Assembly (NCBI GenBank): GCA_003251635.1
Contig: QKEW01000001.1
Location: 15,588 to 79,587, forward strand
Source: a bacterium
GTDB taxonomy: Bacteria > Patescibacteriota > Minisyncoccia > Moranbacterales > GWC2-37-73
Direction: 5' to 3'
Length of the DNA: 64,000 nt
In this document: positions 1-8,167 of the stretch, one piece after another
How the letters are laid out: every line of letters starts with the position of its first letter
Numbering within the stretch: the first letter of the stretch is position 1
Translations under genes and position numbers: made by a program
Notes under the pieces: model-generated
Database searches by the model: none
Seen by the model: the letters and a program-made list of their open reading frames with translations, nothing else
Told to the model about the DNA's origin: nothing

Positions 1-1
1 G

Positions 2-331
2 CCGGAGAATTGGCGAAAAAAGACCGAAAAATTTTTGCAAAGTCAGGAAAATAAGATCAAGAATTTAAATATCAGCAAGGAAGATCAACAATATTTTATT
101 GCGATGGGCTATCAAATTCCTTGTCGATTTTCCGGTGATCTTAAGGCGCTGGTCTATTTGGCGGAATTGCGATCAACTCGTTTTGTGCATCCGACCCTGG
201 TAGCACAAATGTTGAAAATGATTGCTAGCTTGAAAAAACTTTTTGCTAAAGATGGCTTGGTTTTGCATCTGGATGATGAGCCGAACCGTTTCGACATCCG
301 CCGCGGACAGCAGGATATTGTGGCGAAATAA
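2..331 (+). CDS. Hypothetical protein, 3' portion; the reading frame is open to the window edge so the true start is probably upstream
   Basis: No in-frame stop from position 2 to the TAA at 329-331. The listed ORF 35..331 begins at a TTG. No motif recognised. Confidence 0.3.
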   Translation, partial: PENWRKKTEKFLQSQENKIKNLNISKEDQQYFIAMGYQIPCRFSGDLKALVYLAELRSTRFVHPTLVAQMLKMIASLKKLFAKDGLVLHLDDEPNRFDIRRGQQDIVAK

Positions 332-345
332 ATTTTTCTTTTGAT

Positions 346-1367
346 GAATTCAAGAATTTAAAGCCCCTTTTTTTACATAGCATTGGCGAGAACTTCATTA
401 GGTGTTAGATAATTAAGGCACTTTCTGGCTCGGTTGTTAAGTTTTTCCTGGATTTCCCAGACGTATCTTTCTGTAATGTTATCAAGATTAGATTTTTTAG
501 GGAAATATTCTCGAATTAGTTCATTTAGGTTTTCCACGCCACCTTTCTGCCAACTTGAGTACGGATCACAGAAATATGAGGGAATTTCTGTTTCGTGGTG
601 CAATGCATTTTCGCTTCCATTGTCTCTGGTGATTGTAAGCCACATTCCTGCAGGCAATGACTCAATGCTATCTCTCAAGGCCTCTTCTGAAACGATGGCG
701 GATTTATCTTTGCATTTATGAATTCTACATAACTTACTTTTTCTTTCTTGCTGCACTGATAGAATACTTTTACCTGAAAATATGACGCTATCAGTTTCCC
801 AATCGCCAAACCTTTCTCTGTAAAGTCCCTTGTTTCCTGGCTTTTTCTTTCTTACGCTTGCATTGTTTTCTACGCAAAAATTTATACAATCCTCCATATC
901 TGCCTTCGCCTTCGTAAATGTAGTTGTAAATACTTTCATAACTTATCGTTTTATCTTTGCAATTTGCTACTTCCTTAGGGTGATGTTTTTTGAGTCTGCC
1001 TGCAATTTCTTCAGGACTCCAACCATCTTTTAATCTATCATTCACATACTTTTTGAGTTTTTTATTGGCATACTTTTCCAGTTTTCTTTTGTTGGTATTT
1101 CTCTTTCTGCGATCAGCGCAGCTTTGAGCATCGATGGCACAGTATGGCATAACTTCTCCTGAATTCCTTTTGATTTCTCTTTTGATAACTGAATAGTCTC
1201 TGCACAATTTTTTGGCAATTTTAGTCTTTTTCCATCTCATTCTCAGATACGTTTCTATTTGTTGCCGTTCAAAAAAGGTTATTTCCTTACCTTTTGGCAT
1301 ATTCATAATGGGTTAAATGAGTTAACACCATATGATAGCAGAAAAAGGGGCTTCGGGGTTTGAATTC
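346..1367 (-). mobile_element. IS30-family insertion sequence, about 1.02 kb, with imperfect terminal inverted repeats of about 26 bp
   Basis: The left end gaattcaagaatttaaagccccttttt (346-372) is an imperfect reverse complement of the right end aaaaaggggcttcggggtttgaattc (1343-1367). The outer 8 bp and inner 11 bp match. The ends bracket transposase ORFs with IS30 hallmarks. Confidence 0.7.
373..1306 (-). pseudogene. IS30-family transposase split into two overlapping frames (791..1306 N-terminal HTH part, 373..939 DDE catalytic part); a frameshift or a degraded copy
   Basis: The N-terminal ORF has an HTH with SVIKREIKRN, comparable to IS30 STISRELKRN. The C-terminal ORF has GDWETD, DNGSE and CDPYSSWQKGGVEN motifs typical of the IS30 DDE domain. 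The combined length of about 311 aa matches IS30 transposases. The frames overlap at 791-939. Confidence 0.7.
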
Positions 1368-1430
1368 AGGGGCAAGGGCGGCTCTTTTATTTTGCCTGAA
1401 TGTATGATAAAATGGCTTCATAAGCCTAAA

Positions 1431-2057
1431 ATGATTTTTATGGAAAAGGGAAAGTTCGTGGCAATTTATGGAATCAATGGGATTGGAAAAACTACCCAAG
1501 TTGAATTGTTGGTGGAAAATCTTGGGAAAAAGTACGGTTTGAAAATTAGTCGTTTGAAATATCCGGTTTACGATTTGGAACCCGAAGGATCTTTTATCTA
1601 TAAATATTTGCGAGACACGAAATTTAGAGGTGAAAATGAACTTTCAACTCACAAGTTGCAAAAAAAATATGCAGACAATCGACTTAGGTTTGAGGGTGAA
1701 CTAAAAAAAAGATTGGCTAATGGGGAATGGATCGTTGCGGAAGATTATGTGGGAACTGGGCTGGCTTGGGGTTTGACTTGGGGCGGCGATCTGGAATATC
1801 TGGAAGAAATCAATGAAAGCTTGCTGCGACCTGATTTGGAAATTTTGCTGCATGGTGACAGGTTTACTACAGCGGTAGAAAAAGATCATCGAAATGAAAT
1901 TGAATCGGAAAGAATCAAGATTTGTAAAAATTTTCATCTGCTTTTGGCGGAAAAATATGGTTGGCAAAAAGTTGACGCAATCAGGAAGATAGAACAGGTT
2001 CAAGAGGATTTGCTAAATGAAATTGAAAGTAAATTTAAATTGAAACAATCACAATAG
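1431..2057 (+). CDS. P-loop nucleotide kinase, thymidylate-kinase-like (start uncertain; alternatives at 1440 and an in-frame extension from 1332 that runs into the IS end)
   Basis: The N-terminus KGKFVAIYGINGIGKTTQ resembles the Tmk GxDGxGKTT P-loop. The size is about 205 aa from the MEKGK start. Confidence 0.5.
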   Translation: MIFMEKGKFVAIYGINGIGKTTQVELLVENLGKKYGLKISRLKYPVYDLEPEGSFIYKYLRDTKFRGENELSTHKLQKKYADNRLRFEGELKKRLANGEWIVAEDYVGTGLAWGLTWGGDLEYLEEINESLLRPDLEILLHGDRFTTAVEKDHRNEIESERIKICKNFHLLLAEKYGWQKVDAIRKIEQVQEDLLNEIESKFKLKQSQ

Positions 2058-2069
2058 AATTTTAGGAAA

Positions 2070-2495
2070 ATGAAAATTTTAATCAAAAAAATTATCAAAG
2101 ATGCAGTCGTGCCTAAATTTGCCTTGGAAGGAGATGCTGGAATGGATATTTTTTCAGCCGAGGATCGAGTTATCAAACCGGGCGAGCGAATATCTTGCCG
2201 CAGCGGCATTGCCATCAAAATTCCAGTTGGATATGCCGGGTTGATTTGGGATAAAGGAGGTCCTTCTCATAAGTTCGGCATAAAAACATTAGGTGGAGTT
2301 TTTGATAGCAATTATATTGGAGAATGGTTTATTGGTCTGATAAATTTGGGCCAGGAAGATTATGAAATAAAAAAGGGACAAAAAATTGCTCAGGCCCTTT
2401 TTCAAAAAATTGAACAACCGGAAATTGAAGAAGTTGAAGAGCTGGAAGATACTAATCGGGGAGAGGGTGCTTTTGGAAGTACTGGATTGCACTAA
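2070..2495 (+). CDS. dut: dUTP diphosphatase (dUTPase)
   Basis: GDAGMDIFS, RSGIAIK and GVFDSNYIGEW match conserved dUTPase motifs. 141 aa. Confidence 0.8.
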   Translation: MKILIKKIIKDAVVPKFALEGDAGMDIFSAEDRVIKPGERISCRSGIAIKIPVGYAGLIWDKGGPSHKFGIKTLGGVFDSNYIGEWFIGLINLGQEDYEIKKGQKIAQALFQKIEQPEIEEVEELEDTNRGEGAFGSTGLH

Positions 2496-2519
2496 AATTT
2501 AAATTTTGAAAATAAAAAT

Positions 2520-3989
2520 ATGGCTAAATATATCCCAGTAATCGGAATGGAAATCCATGTTGAGCTCAAGACGGACTCAAAGATGTTTTGCGCTTGTAAA
2601 AATGATTTAGGATTGGATAAGGAACCCAATTCTAATATTTGCCCGGTTTGTACTGCGCAGCCCGGAACGCTGCCGGTACCGAACCGAAAAGCGGTAGAAT
2701 TTGTGCAATTGGCCGGTCTGGCTTTGGATTGCAAGTTGAATCTCGATTCCAAATTTGATCGCAAGAACTATTTTTACCCGGACATCCCCAAGGGTTACCA
2801 GATTTCCCAATTTGATCAGCCGCTTTGCGGCAAAGGTTCTTTGCAGATTGACGGCAAAGAAATTGGAATTACTCGAATTCACTTGGAAGAGGATACTGGA
2901 AAATTGACCCATCCCAAGGGCACGGACTATTCTTTGGTGGATTTTAATCGAGCCGGAGTGCCATTGATGGAATTGGTGACTGAGCCAGACATTGAAACTG
3001 GAGCCGAGGCGCGTTTGTTTTGCCAAAAATTGCAACAAATTTGCCGCTATTTGGAAATTTCCGACGCGGACATGGAAAAGGGGCACATGCGCTGCGAGGT
3101 GAATCTTTCTTTGCATAAAGAAGGGGAGGAAAAACTTTCTGGTACGAAGGTAGAAGTGAAAAACATCAATTCTTTCCGCTTCGTGGAAAAGGCGGTCAAT
3201 TTTGAAATTGAAAGACAAACCGAGCTTTTGGAAAATGGCGAAGAAATTGTGCAGGAAACTCGCGGTTGGGATAGTGTCAAAAACCAGACAGTTTCACAGC
3301 GCAAAAAAGAATCAGCTCATGACTATCGTTATTTTCCTGAACCGGACATTCCGCCGATGAAGTTTGACGAGGAATATGTGCGACAGTTGAAATTGCGTTT
3401 GCCGGAGTTGCCTTTGGCTAAAGAAAAGAGATTTATTGAACAATTTGGGGTTTCAGCGGAAAATGCTGCCACTCTGGTATCGGATAAGTCTTTGGCAGAT
3501 TATTTCGAAAACGTGATCAGTGAATTGGAAGAAAAATTGATTTCCAAGGAAATTGTGGCCGAGCGAAAAAAAGTTTTCAAACTGGCAGTCAACTATATTT
3601 TGACGGAACTGCGAAAGCACATGATGGAAGACGGATTGGAAATTGCCGACTTGAAGATTAGTGCGGAAAATTACGCCGAGCTGATTGGAATTGTGGCCGA
3701 TGGCAAGATCAATTCCAGCGCAGCTCAAAATGTTTTGCAGCAAATGTATCAAACTGGTGGCGATCCGTCGCAAATTATTGAAGAAAAGAATTTATTGCAA
3801 ACCAATGACAGTGGAGAATTGGAAGATTTGGTGGATGGAGTTTTGGCAGAGAATGAAAAATCAGTGGCTGACTTTAGAGCTGGTAAGGAAAATGCTTTGA
3901 AATTTTTGATGGGTCAAGTGATGAAGCAATCAAAAGGCAAAGCTAATCCGCAAATAGTGATGGAGATTTTGAAGGAGAAGTTGAAATAG
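2520..3989 (+). CDS. gatB: Asp-tRNA(Asn)/Glu-tRNA(Gln) amidotransferase subunit B
   Basis: The N-terminus YIPVIGMEIHVELKTDSKMFCAC is a GatB hallmark. 489 aa with a C-terminal GatB/YqeY-like tail. Confidence 0.9.
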   Translation: MAKYIPVIGMEIHVELKTDSKMFCACKNDLGLDKEPNSNICPVCTAQPGTLPVPNRKAVEFVQLAGLALDCKLNLDSKFDRKNYFYPDIPKGYQISQFDQPLCGKGSLQIDGKEIGITRIHLEEDTGKLTHPKGTDYSLVDFNRAGVPLMELVTEPDIETGAEARLFCQKLQQICRYLEISDADMEKGHMRCEVNLSLHKEGEEKLSGTKVEVKNINSFRFVEKAVNFEIERQTELLENGEEIVQETRGWDSVKNQTVSQRKKESAHDYRYFPEPDIPPMKFDEEYVRQLKLRLPELPLAKEKRFIEQFGVSAENAATLVSDKSLADYFENVISELEEKLISKEIVAERKKVFKLAVNYILTELRKHMMEDGLEIADLKISAENYAELIGIVADGKINSSAAQNVLQQMYQTGGDPSQIIEEKNLLQTNDSGELEDLVDGVLAENEKSVADFRAGKENALKFLMGQVMKQSKGKANPQIVMEILKEKLK

Positions 3990-3997
3990 ATTTTTTT

Positions 3998-4315
3998 ATG
4001 ACTTTAAAAGAAATTATTGACATTATAATGATTCAGGCCAAGGAGAAAGGTTTTGGTACAAAGCCTGAAGAGATTAATGTTGCTGAAAAAATTGCCCTTA
4101 TTCATTCGGAGGTTTCTGAGGCATTTGAGGCCTACCGACACAAAAACATAAAAGGCAAGGATGGTTTTGAGGAAGAATTGGGAGATGTGGTCCAGCGTGT
4201 TTTACACTTGTGCGGTATCATGAAAATTGATATTGAAAAATCAATTTTAAGCAAGATTAAGCATAACAAAGAAAGAAAGTGGGAATGGGATGAAATAAAT
4301 GAAAGCCATTCTTGA
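3998..4315 (+). CDS. MazG-like nucleotide pyrophosphohydrolase (small all-alpha NTP-PPase)
   Basis: EVSEAFEA...ELGDVV pattern typical of the MazG/YpjD family. 105 aa. Confidence 0.55.
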   Translation: MTLKEIIDIIMIQAKEKGFGTKPEEINVAEKIALIHSEVSEAFEAYRHKNIKGKDGFEEELGDVVQRVLHLCGIMKIDIEKSILSKIKHNKERKWEWDEINESHS

Positions 4316-4343
4316 ATTACTCCAAATACTTTAAATATAAAAA

Positions 4344-4366
4344 GAAGCCATGAAGGCTTCTTTTTT
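4344..4366. terminator. Bidirectional intrinsic terminator between the mazG-like gene (+) and tRNA-Leu (-)
   Basis: Hairpin gaagcc-atgaa-ggcttc followed by tttttt, preceded by an A-run on the other side. Confidence 0.6.
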
Positions 4367-4380
4367 CGTGTTTTAAATCT

Positions 4381-4467
4381 TGGTGCCCAGGGCGAGACTC
4401 GAACTCGCACGATATTGCTACCACTGGATTTTGAGTCCAGCGCGTCTACCAATTCCGCCACCCGGGC
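4381..4467 (-). tRNA. tRNA-Leu, anticodon CAA, long variable arm, encoded CCA
   Basis: The reverse complement is GCCCGGGTGGCGGAATTGGTAGACGCGCTGGACTCAAAATCCAGTGGTAGCAATATCGTGCGAGTTCGAGTCTCGCCCTGGGCACCA. It has a 7-bp acceptor stem, anticodon loop CTCAAAA and a GTTCGAGTC T-arm. Confidence 0.85.
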
Positions 4468-4700
4468 CTACTAACTATCAACTAATAACTTACAACTAAC
4501 AACAAACAATCAACAACAATAATAAGCTCAAAACTTACAATAGACAACCAACAACCAATAACCAATAACTCACAACTGAAAACTGACAACTGATAATTTA
4601 CAATAAACAGCTGATACGCATAAAATACATAGACTGACCACCTGAAAGCTATAAACCGAAACCGGCCAACCTGCCCTAAATAATAGGTGATTGATAAGGA
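4468..4700 (+). repeat. G-depleted CA-rich low-complexity tract with degenerate caacYaa/caaccaa repeats
   Basis: About 230 bp with very few G on the plus strand (caactaataacttacaactaacaacaaacaatcaacaacaataat...caaccaacaaccaataaccaataactcacaactgaaaactgacaactg). It shares the 12-mer acaactaacaac with the tract at 35847-35934. Confidence 0.6.
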
Positions 4701-4773
4701 ATTGTCAATGTGGTAGAATAATAAAGTGAATAACTTCTGGGAAAAAAATTCAAAACAGTTTTATTTTTGATTT

Positions 4774-5595
4774 ATGGCAAAGGTAATATCATTGATTAAC
4801 CAAAAGGGTGGGGTTGGAAAAACCACTACCGCTATCAATATCTCAACTTATTTGGCCAATTTTGGCAAAAAAGTTTTATTGGTTGATTTGGACCCGCAAG
4901 GCAATGCGTCTTCCGGATTGGGAGTTAACATACAAAAATTAGAAAAAGGTCTTTATCAGGCCTTGGTTGGAACAGAGAATCCTCATAATGTGATTATGCA
5001 ATTGGAAGATGCTGGACATGATTTGATGCCATCTTCACAAGATTTGGCTGGGGCGGGAATTGAATTGGTTCATTTTGAAAATCGAGAGTTTAAGCTCTAT
5101 GAAGTTTTGCGTCAGGTTAATAATGAATATGACTATATCATTATTGATAGTCCGCCAAGTTTGGGACTTTTGACTATTAACGGCTTGGTAGCGAGTGATG
5201 AGGTGATAATTCCGGTTCAGACGGAATATTATGCCCTAGAGGGGCTCAGTCAACTTTTAGAAACTATTGAATTGGTTCGAAAACATTTGCAGCCGCGCTT
5301 GGAAATTGGCGGCGCGATTCTGACCATGTATGATAAGCGTAATCGTTTGGCCCGCCAGGTTGTTAAGGAGATGAGAGAACATTTTCCAGGTCACGTTTTT
5401 AATAGTATGATTGCTCGTTCAATTCGCTTGGCGGAAGCTCCGAGTTTTGGTAAATCTATTTTGAATTTCGATAGTCTTTCCAAGGGTGCTCGTTCTTATA
5501 AAGCTCTGGCTAAGGAAATTATGGAAAAAGATGAAGAGCGAAAAAAAGCGATTCAGAAAAACTTGGGAATTGATCATAAGTTAATGAAACAATAA
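4774..5595 (+). CDS. parA: Chromosome partitioning ATPase ParA/Soj
   Basis: Deviant Walker A NQKGGVGKTTTAINIS. 273 aa, immediately followed by parB. Confidence 0.9.
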   Translation: MAKVISLINQKGGVGKTTTAINISTYLANFGKKVLLVDLDPQGNASSGLGVNIQKLEKGLYQALVGTENPHNVIMQLEDAGHDLMPSSQDLAGAGIELVHFENREFKLYEVLRQVNNEYDYIIIDSPPSLGLLTINGLVASDEVIIPVQTEYYALEGLSQLLETIELVRKHLQPRLEIGGAILTMYDKRNRLARQVVKEMREHFPGHVFNSMIARSIRLAEAPSFGKSILNFDSLSKGARSYKALAKEIMEKDEERKKAIQKNLGIDHKLMKQ

Positions 5596-5623
5596 ACTTG
5601 TTCTGGGTATAAAAACAAAAAAT

Positions 5624-6520
5624 ATGGCACAAAATTATGGTTTAGGACGAGGACTTTCGTCTTTAATTCCAAGTAATAAAAAGGAAGAAGAAACTCAACA
5701 GAATTTTTCGAAACGTACGATTTCAGGTCAGGACGAAAATTCTATTCGAGGAGATCGTTTTGTAATAGAAGTTGATATAAATAACATTGTACCGAATCCT
5801 CATCAACCGAGAATATTTTTTGATGAGGAGAAATTACAGGACTTGGCTGATTCCATCAAGCATCATGGCATAATTCAGCCTTTGATTGTCAGTCACAACG
5901 GAGCTCGCTATGAATTGATTGCCGGTGAAAGACGACTGCAGGCCTCCAAAAAGGCTGGATTGAAGAAAGTCCCGGTAATTGTGCGCGATGCTAATGAGAA
6001 ACAAAAATTGGAGTTGGCTATTATTGAAAATGTTCAACGGCATGATCTGAATGCTGTTGAAGAGGCTAAGTCTTACAAGAAGTTGATGGAGGATTATCAG
6101 ATGAACCAGGAAGAAGTAGCTGATAAGATAGGCAAAAGCCGTTCTCTAGTAGCCAATAAGGTTCGCCTTTTAGCTTTGCCGATTGAAATTCAAAAGGCAC
6201 TGATTGCTGGAAAAATTTCCGAGGGTCATGCAAAAGCCATCTTATCTTTAGAAAATCCGCAAAAGCAATTAGCGGCTTTTGAGATGATCACAAAAAACGG
6301 CCTAACGGTAAGACAAAGTGAAGACAAGATTAAACAACTTTCACAAAAAAGTATTCTCAGGAAATCAATTATTGATCCCCAGATTAAAAAATTAGAAGAT
6401 AAACTGGTGGAAAAATTTGGAACAAAAGTCAGAATAACCAAATCTGGAAAGGGCGGTAGGATTGTTGTTGAATATTATTCCTCGGAGGAATTGGATTCTA
6501 TCTTGAAAAAAATAGGTTAA
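5624..6520 (+). CDS. parB: Chromosome partitioning protein ParB/Spo0J
   Basis: ParB box GERRLQASKKAGL..VPVIVRD and an HTH region. 298 aa. Confidence 0.9.
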   Translation: MAQNYGLGRGLSSLIPSNKKEEETQQNFSKRTISGQDENSIRGDRFVIEVDINNIVPNPHQPRIFFDEEKLQDLADSIKHHGIIQPLIVSHNGARYELIAGERRLQASKKAGLKKVPVIVRDANEKQKLELAIIENVQRHDLNAVEEAKSYKKLMEDYQMNQEEVADKIGKSRSLVANKVRLLALPIEIQKALIAGKISEGHAKAILSLENPQKQLAAFEMITKNGLTVRQSEDKIKQLSQKSILRKSIIDPQIKKLEDKLVEKFGTKVRITKSGKGGRIVVEYYSSEELDSILKKIG

Positions 6521-6542
6521 TTTTTTTAAAATATTTTTAATT

Positions 6543-8099
6543 ATGAAGAAGAAAAAAACAAAAAAAAGCGTTTTTTTAAAAAAGTGCAAGTTAAAGCTGG
6601 GAAAACATGGCTCAGCCTTAGTTTTTGTTTTAGTTATTTTGGCAGTTATGTCTGTGATGGCGATTGGGTCATATCAATCCGCTAGTCTTAGCAGGAATAG
6701 CGCTACTTTCTCTGAGAAATCCGTCTCTTCTTTTCAGGCAGCGGATAGTGGAGTCGAGTTTATTATGGAAAATATAAATGATCAAATCGAGGCCAATGGT
6801 AAAAATATAACCCTAGAAGAAGCAGGACTTTGCACGGATGAAAATCCTTACTATGAAGATGATTCTTCTTTGGAAGGTAAAGAAATTAAAATTGAATTTT
6901 ACGTTAATGAATCAGGTGATCCGGAAAAATTGGTTGAAGCCGGTGATTGCTCGAGTTACACATTGAAAGATCTTAGATACGTCAAATCGGTTGGTGAATT
7001 TGGAGGAACCAGTCGGGCAGTAAAAGTGAATGTTCAAGGTAGTTGTCTGGATATTGTAGCCGTTCAAGATTCACTTCCTGGAACGGAGGCTTACGCTCAA
7101 TCACTTTTCGTGGGCGGTGACTATGCTTATTTGGGAACGGATGATAACAGTAATCCGGATGTTGGGATGAATATTTTTAATATTTCCGACCCGGCAAATC
7201 CTCAAAAGGTTGGTTTTTTTCCAGTTCAACAAACGATCGCTGGTGGGTTCTGTGATGGTCACATAACAGCAACCGGTTACAAAGAATCGGTTCTGGGAAT
7301 TGATGTGGTTGGAAACTATGCTTACCTAGCAACCTTCCTTGGTGGTTTGGTTATTGTAGATGTTAGTGATAAAACTAATCCTACTTGTCAGGCTGAATTA
7401 GATTTGGCAGGGGAAGCTTGGTCGGTAAAAGTTGTTGGAAATAAAGCTTATGTTGCGGATTATACTAAATTGTTGGTTATTGATGTTTCCGATAAAAATA
7501 ATCCCTATATTGAAGATGAGTTTGTGTTGCAAGAAGGCTCAATGACCCAAGCGCTTGGCCCTCATGAATTATTTGTTGATTCTGGTGCGAATTATGCTTA
7601 TGTGGTTGGAAGAGACTCTTCTCTGGATCTAAGAGATGGTCTTGCAGTTGTTGATTTGAGCGATGGTTCAATGAGTGATTACAATTTATTGGGCTATAAC
7701 CGTGATTTTTACCGAGGAATTGATATAAAGGATGGCTATGCCTATATTGGAAAATATAATGAAAGTACTGCTGTTGCCGAATTGGCTACTTATGATGTGA
7801 GCGACCCAATGAATATTGAAGAGGTTGATAATGATGCAGTTACAGGTAGTGGCGATTTTGGAAGCGATGTTTTTGTTGATGGGGATAAGGTTTACCTTTC
7901 GGCTTACAGAGAAGTAGCCGTTTTTGATATATCGGATGATCCAGCAAATCCTGAGCTTGTCTATGAATTTGATGTGCCATCCTATATGAGAGCTGATCAG
8001 ATTTGGAAACACACTGACGGAAAGATTTATTTTGCCGGAGGTTTTAATGTTGATGGCAAAGGAGCTCCAATCGTGGTGGCTAATGACTGTTCGGAATAA
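6543..8099 (+). CDS. Secreted or membrane-anchored LVIVD-repeat beta-propeller protein with a Lys-rich leader and hydrophobic N-terminus
   Basis: Repeated LVIVDVSD, LLVIDVSD, LAVVDLSD and VAVFDISD segments characteristic of LVIVD repeats. The N-terminus is KKKKTKK followed by a 23-residue hydrophobic helix. Confidence 0.65.
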   Translation: MKKKKTKKSVFLKKCKLKLGKHGSALVFVLVILAVMSVMAIGSYQSASLSRNSATFSEKSVSSFQAADSGVEFIMENINDQIEANGKNITLEEAGLCTDENPYYEDDSSLEGKEIKIEFYVNESGDPEKLVEAGDCSSYTLKDLRYVKSVGEFGGTSRAVKVNVQGSCLDIVAVQDSLPGTEAYAQSLFVGGDYAYLGTDDNSNPDVGMNIFNISDPANPQKVGFFPVQQTIAGGFCDGHITATGYKESVLGIDVVGNYAYLATFLGGLVIVDVSDKTNPTCQAELDLAGEAWSVKVVGNKAYVADYTKLLVIDVSDKNNPYIEDEFVLQEGSMTQALGPHELFVDSGANYAYVVGRDSSLDLRDGLAVVDLSDGSMSDYNLLGYNRDFYRGIDIKDGYAYIGKYNESTAVAELATYDVSDPMNIEEVDNDAVTGSGDFGSDVFVDGDKVYLSAYREVAVFDISDDPANPELVYEFDVPSYMRADQIWKHTDGKIYFAGGFNVDGKGAPIVVANDCSE

Positions 8100-8130
8100 C
8101 AGGTACGCTGCTAGAGTTATTTTATTAAAA

Positions 8131-8167
8131 AGACCAGATTACTTCTTAGTTTATCTGGTCTTTTTTT
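8131..8167. terminator. Bidirectional intrinsic terminator between convergent genes
   Basis: Hairpin agaccagat...atctggtct followed by ttttttt, with aaaa upstream for the minus-strand gene. Confidence 0.6.

Noticed and set aside
1332-1430. Upstream in-frame extension of the Tmk-like ORF (MIAEKGASGFEFRGKG...)
   Set aside because: The extension is the translation of the IS30 right inverted repeat. The conserved P-loop N-terminus starts at 1431/1440, so this is most likely not part of the native protein.
2607-3218. 203-aa ORF on the minus strand inside gatB
   Set aside because: Entirely antisense to a well-supported conserved gene, with no SD or motif; an AT-rich shadow ORF.
4132-4461. 109-aa ORF overlapping tRNA-Leu
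   Set aside because: Covers the tRNA and the terminator; its protein sequence is the antisense translation of tRNA and hairpin DNA.
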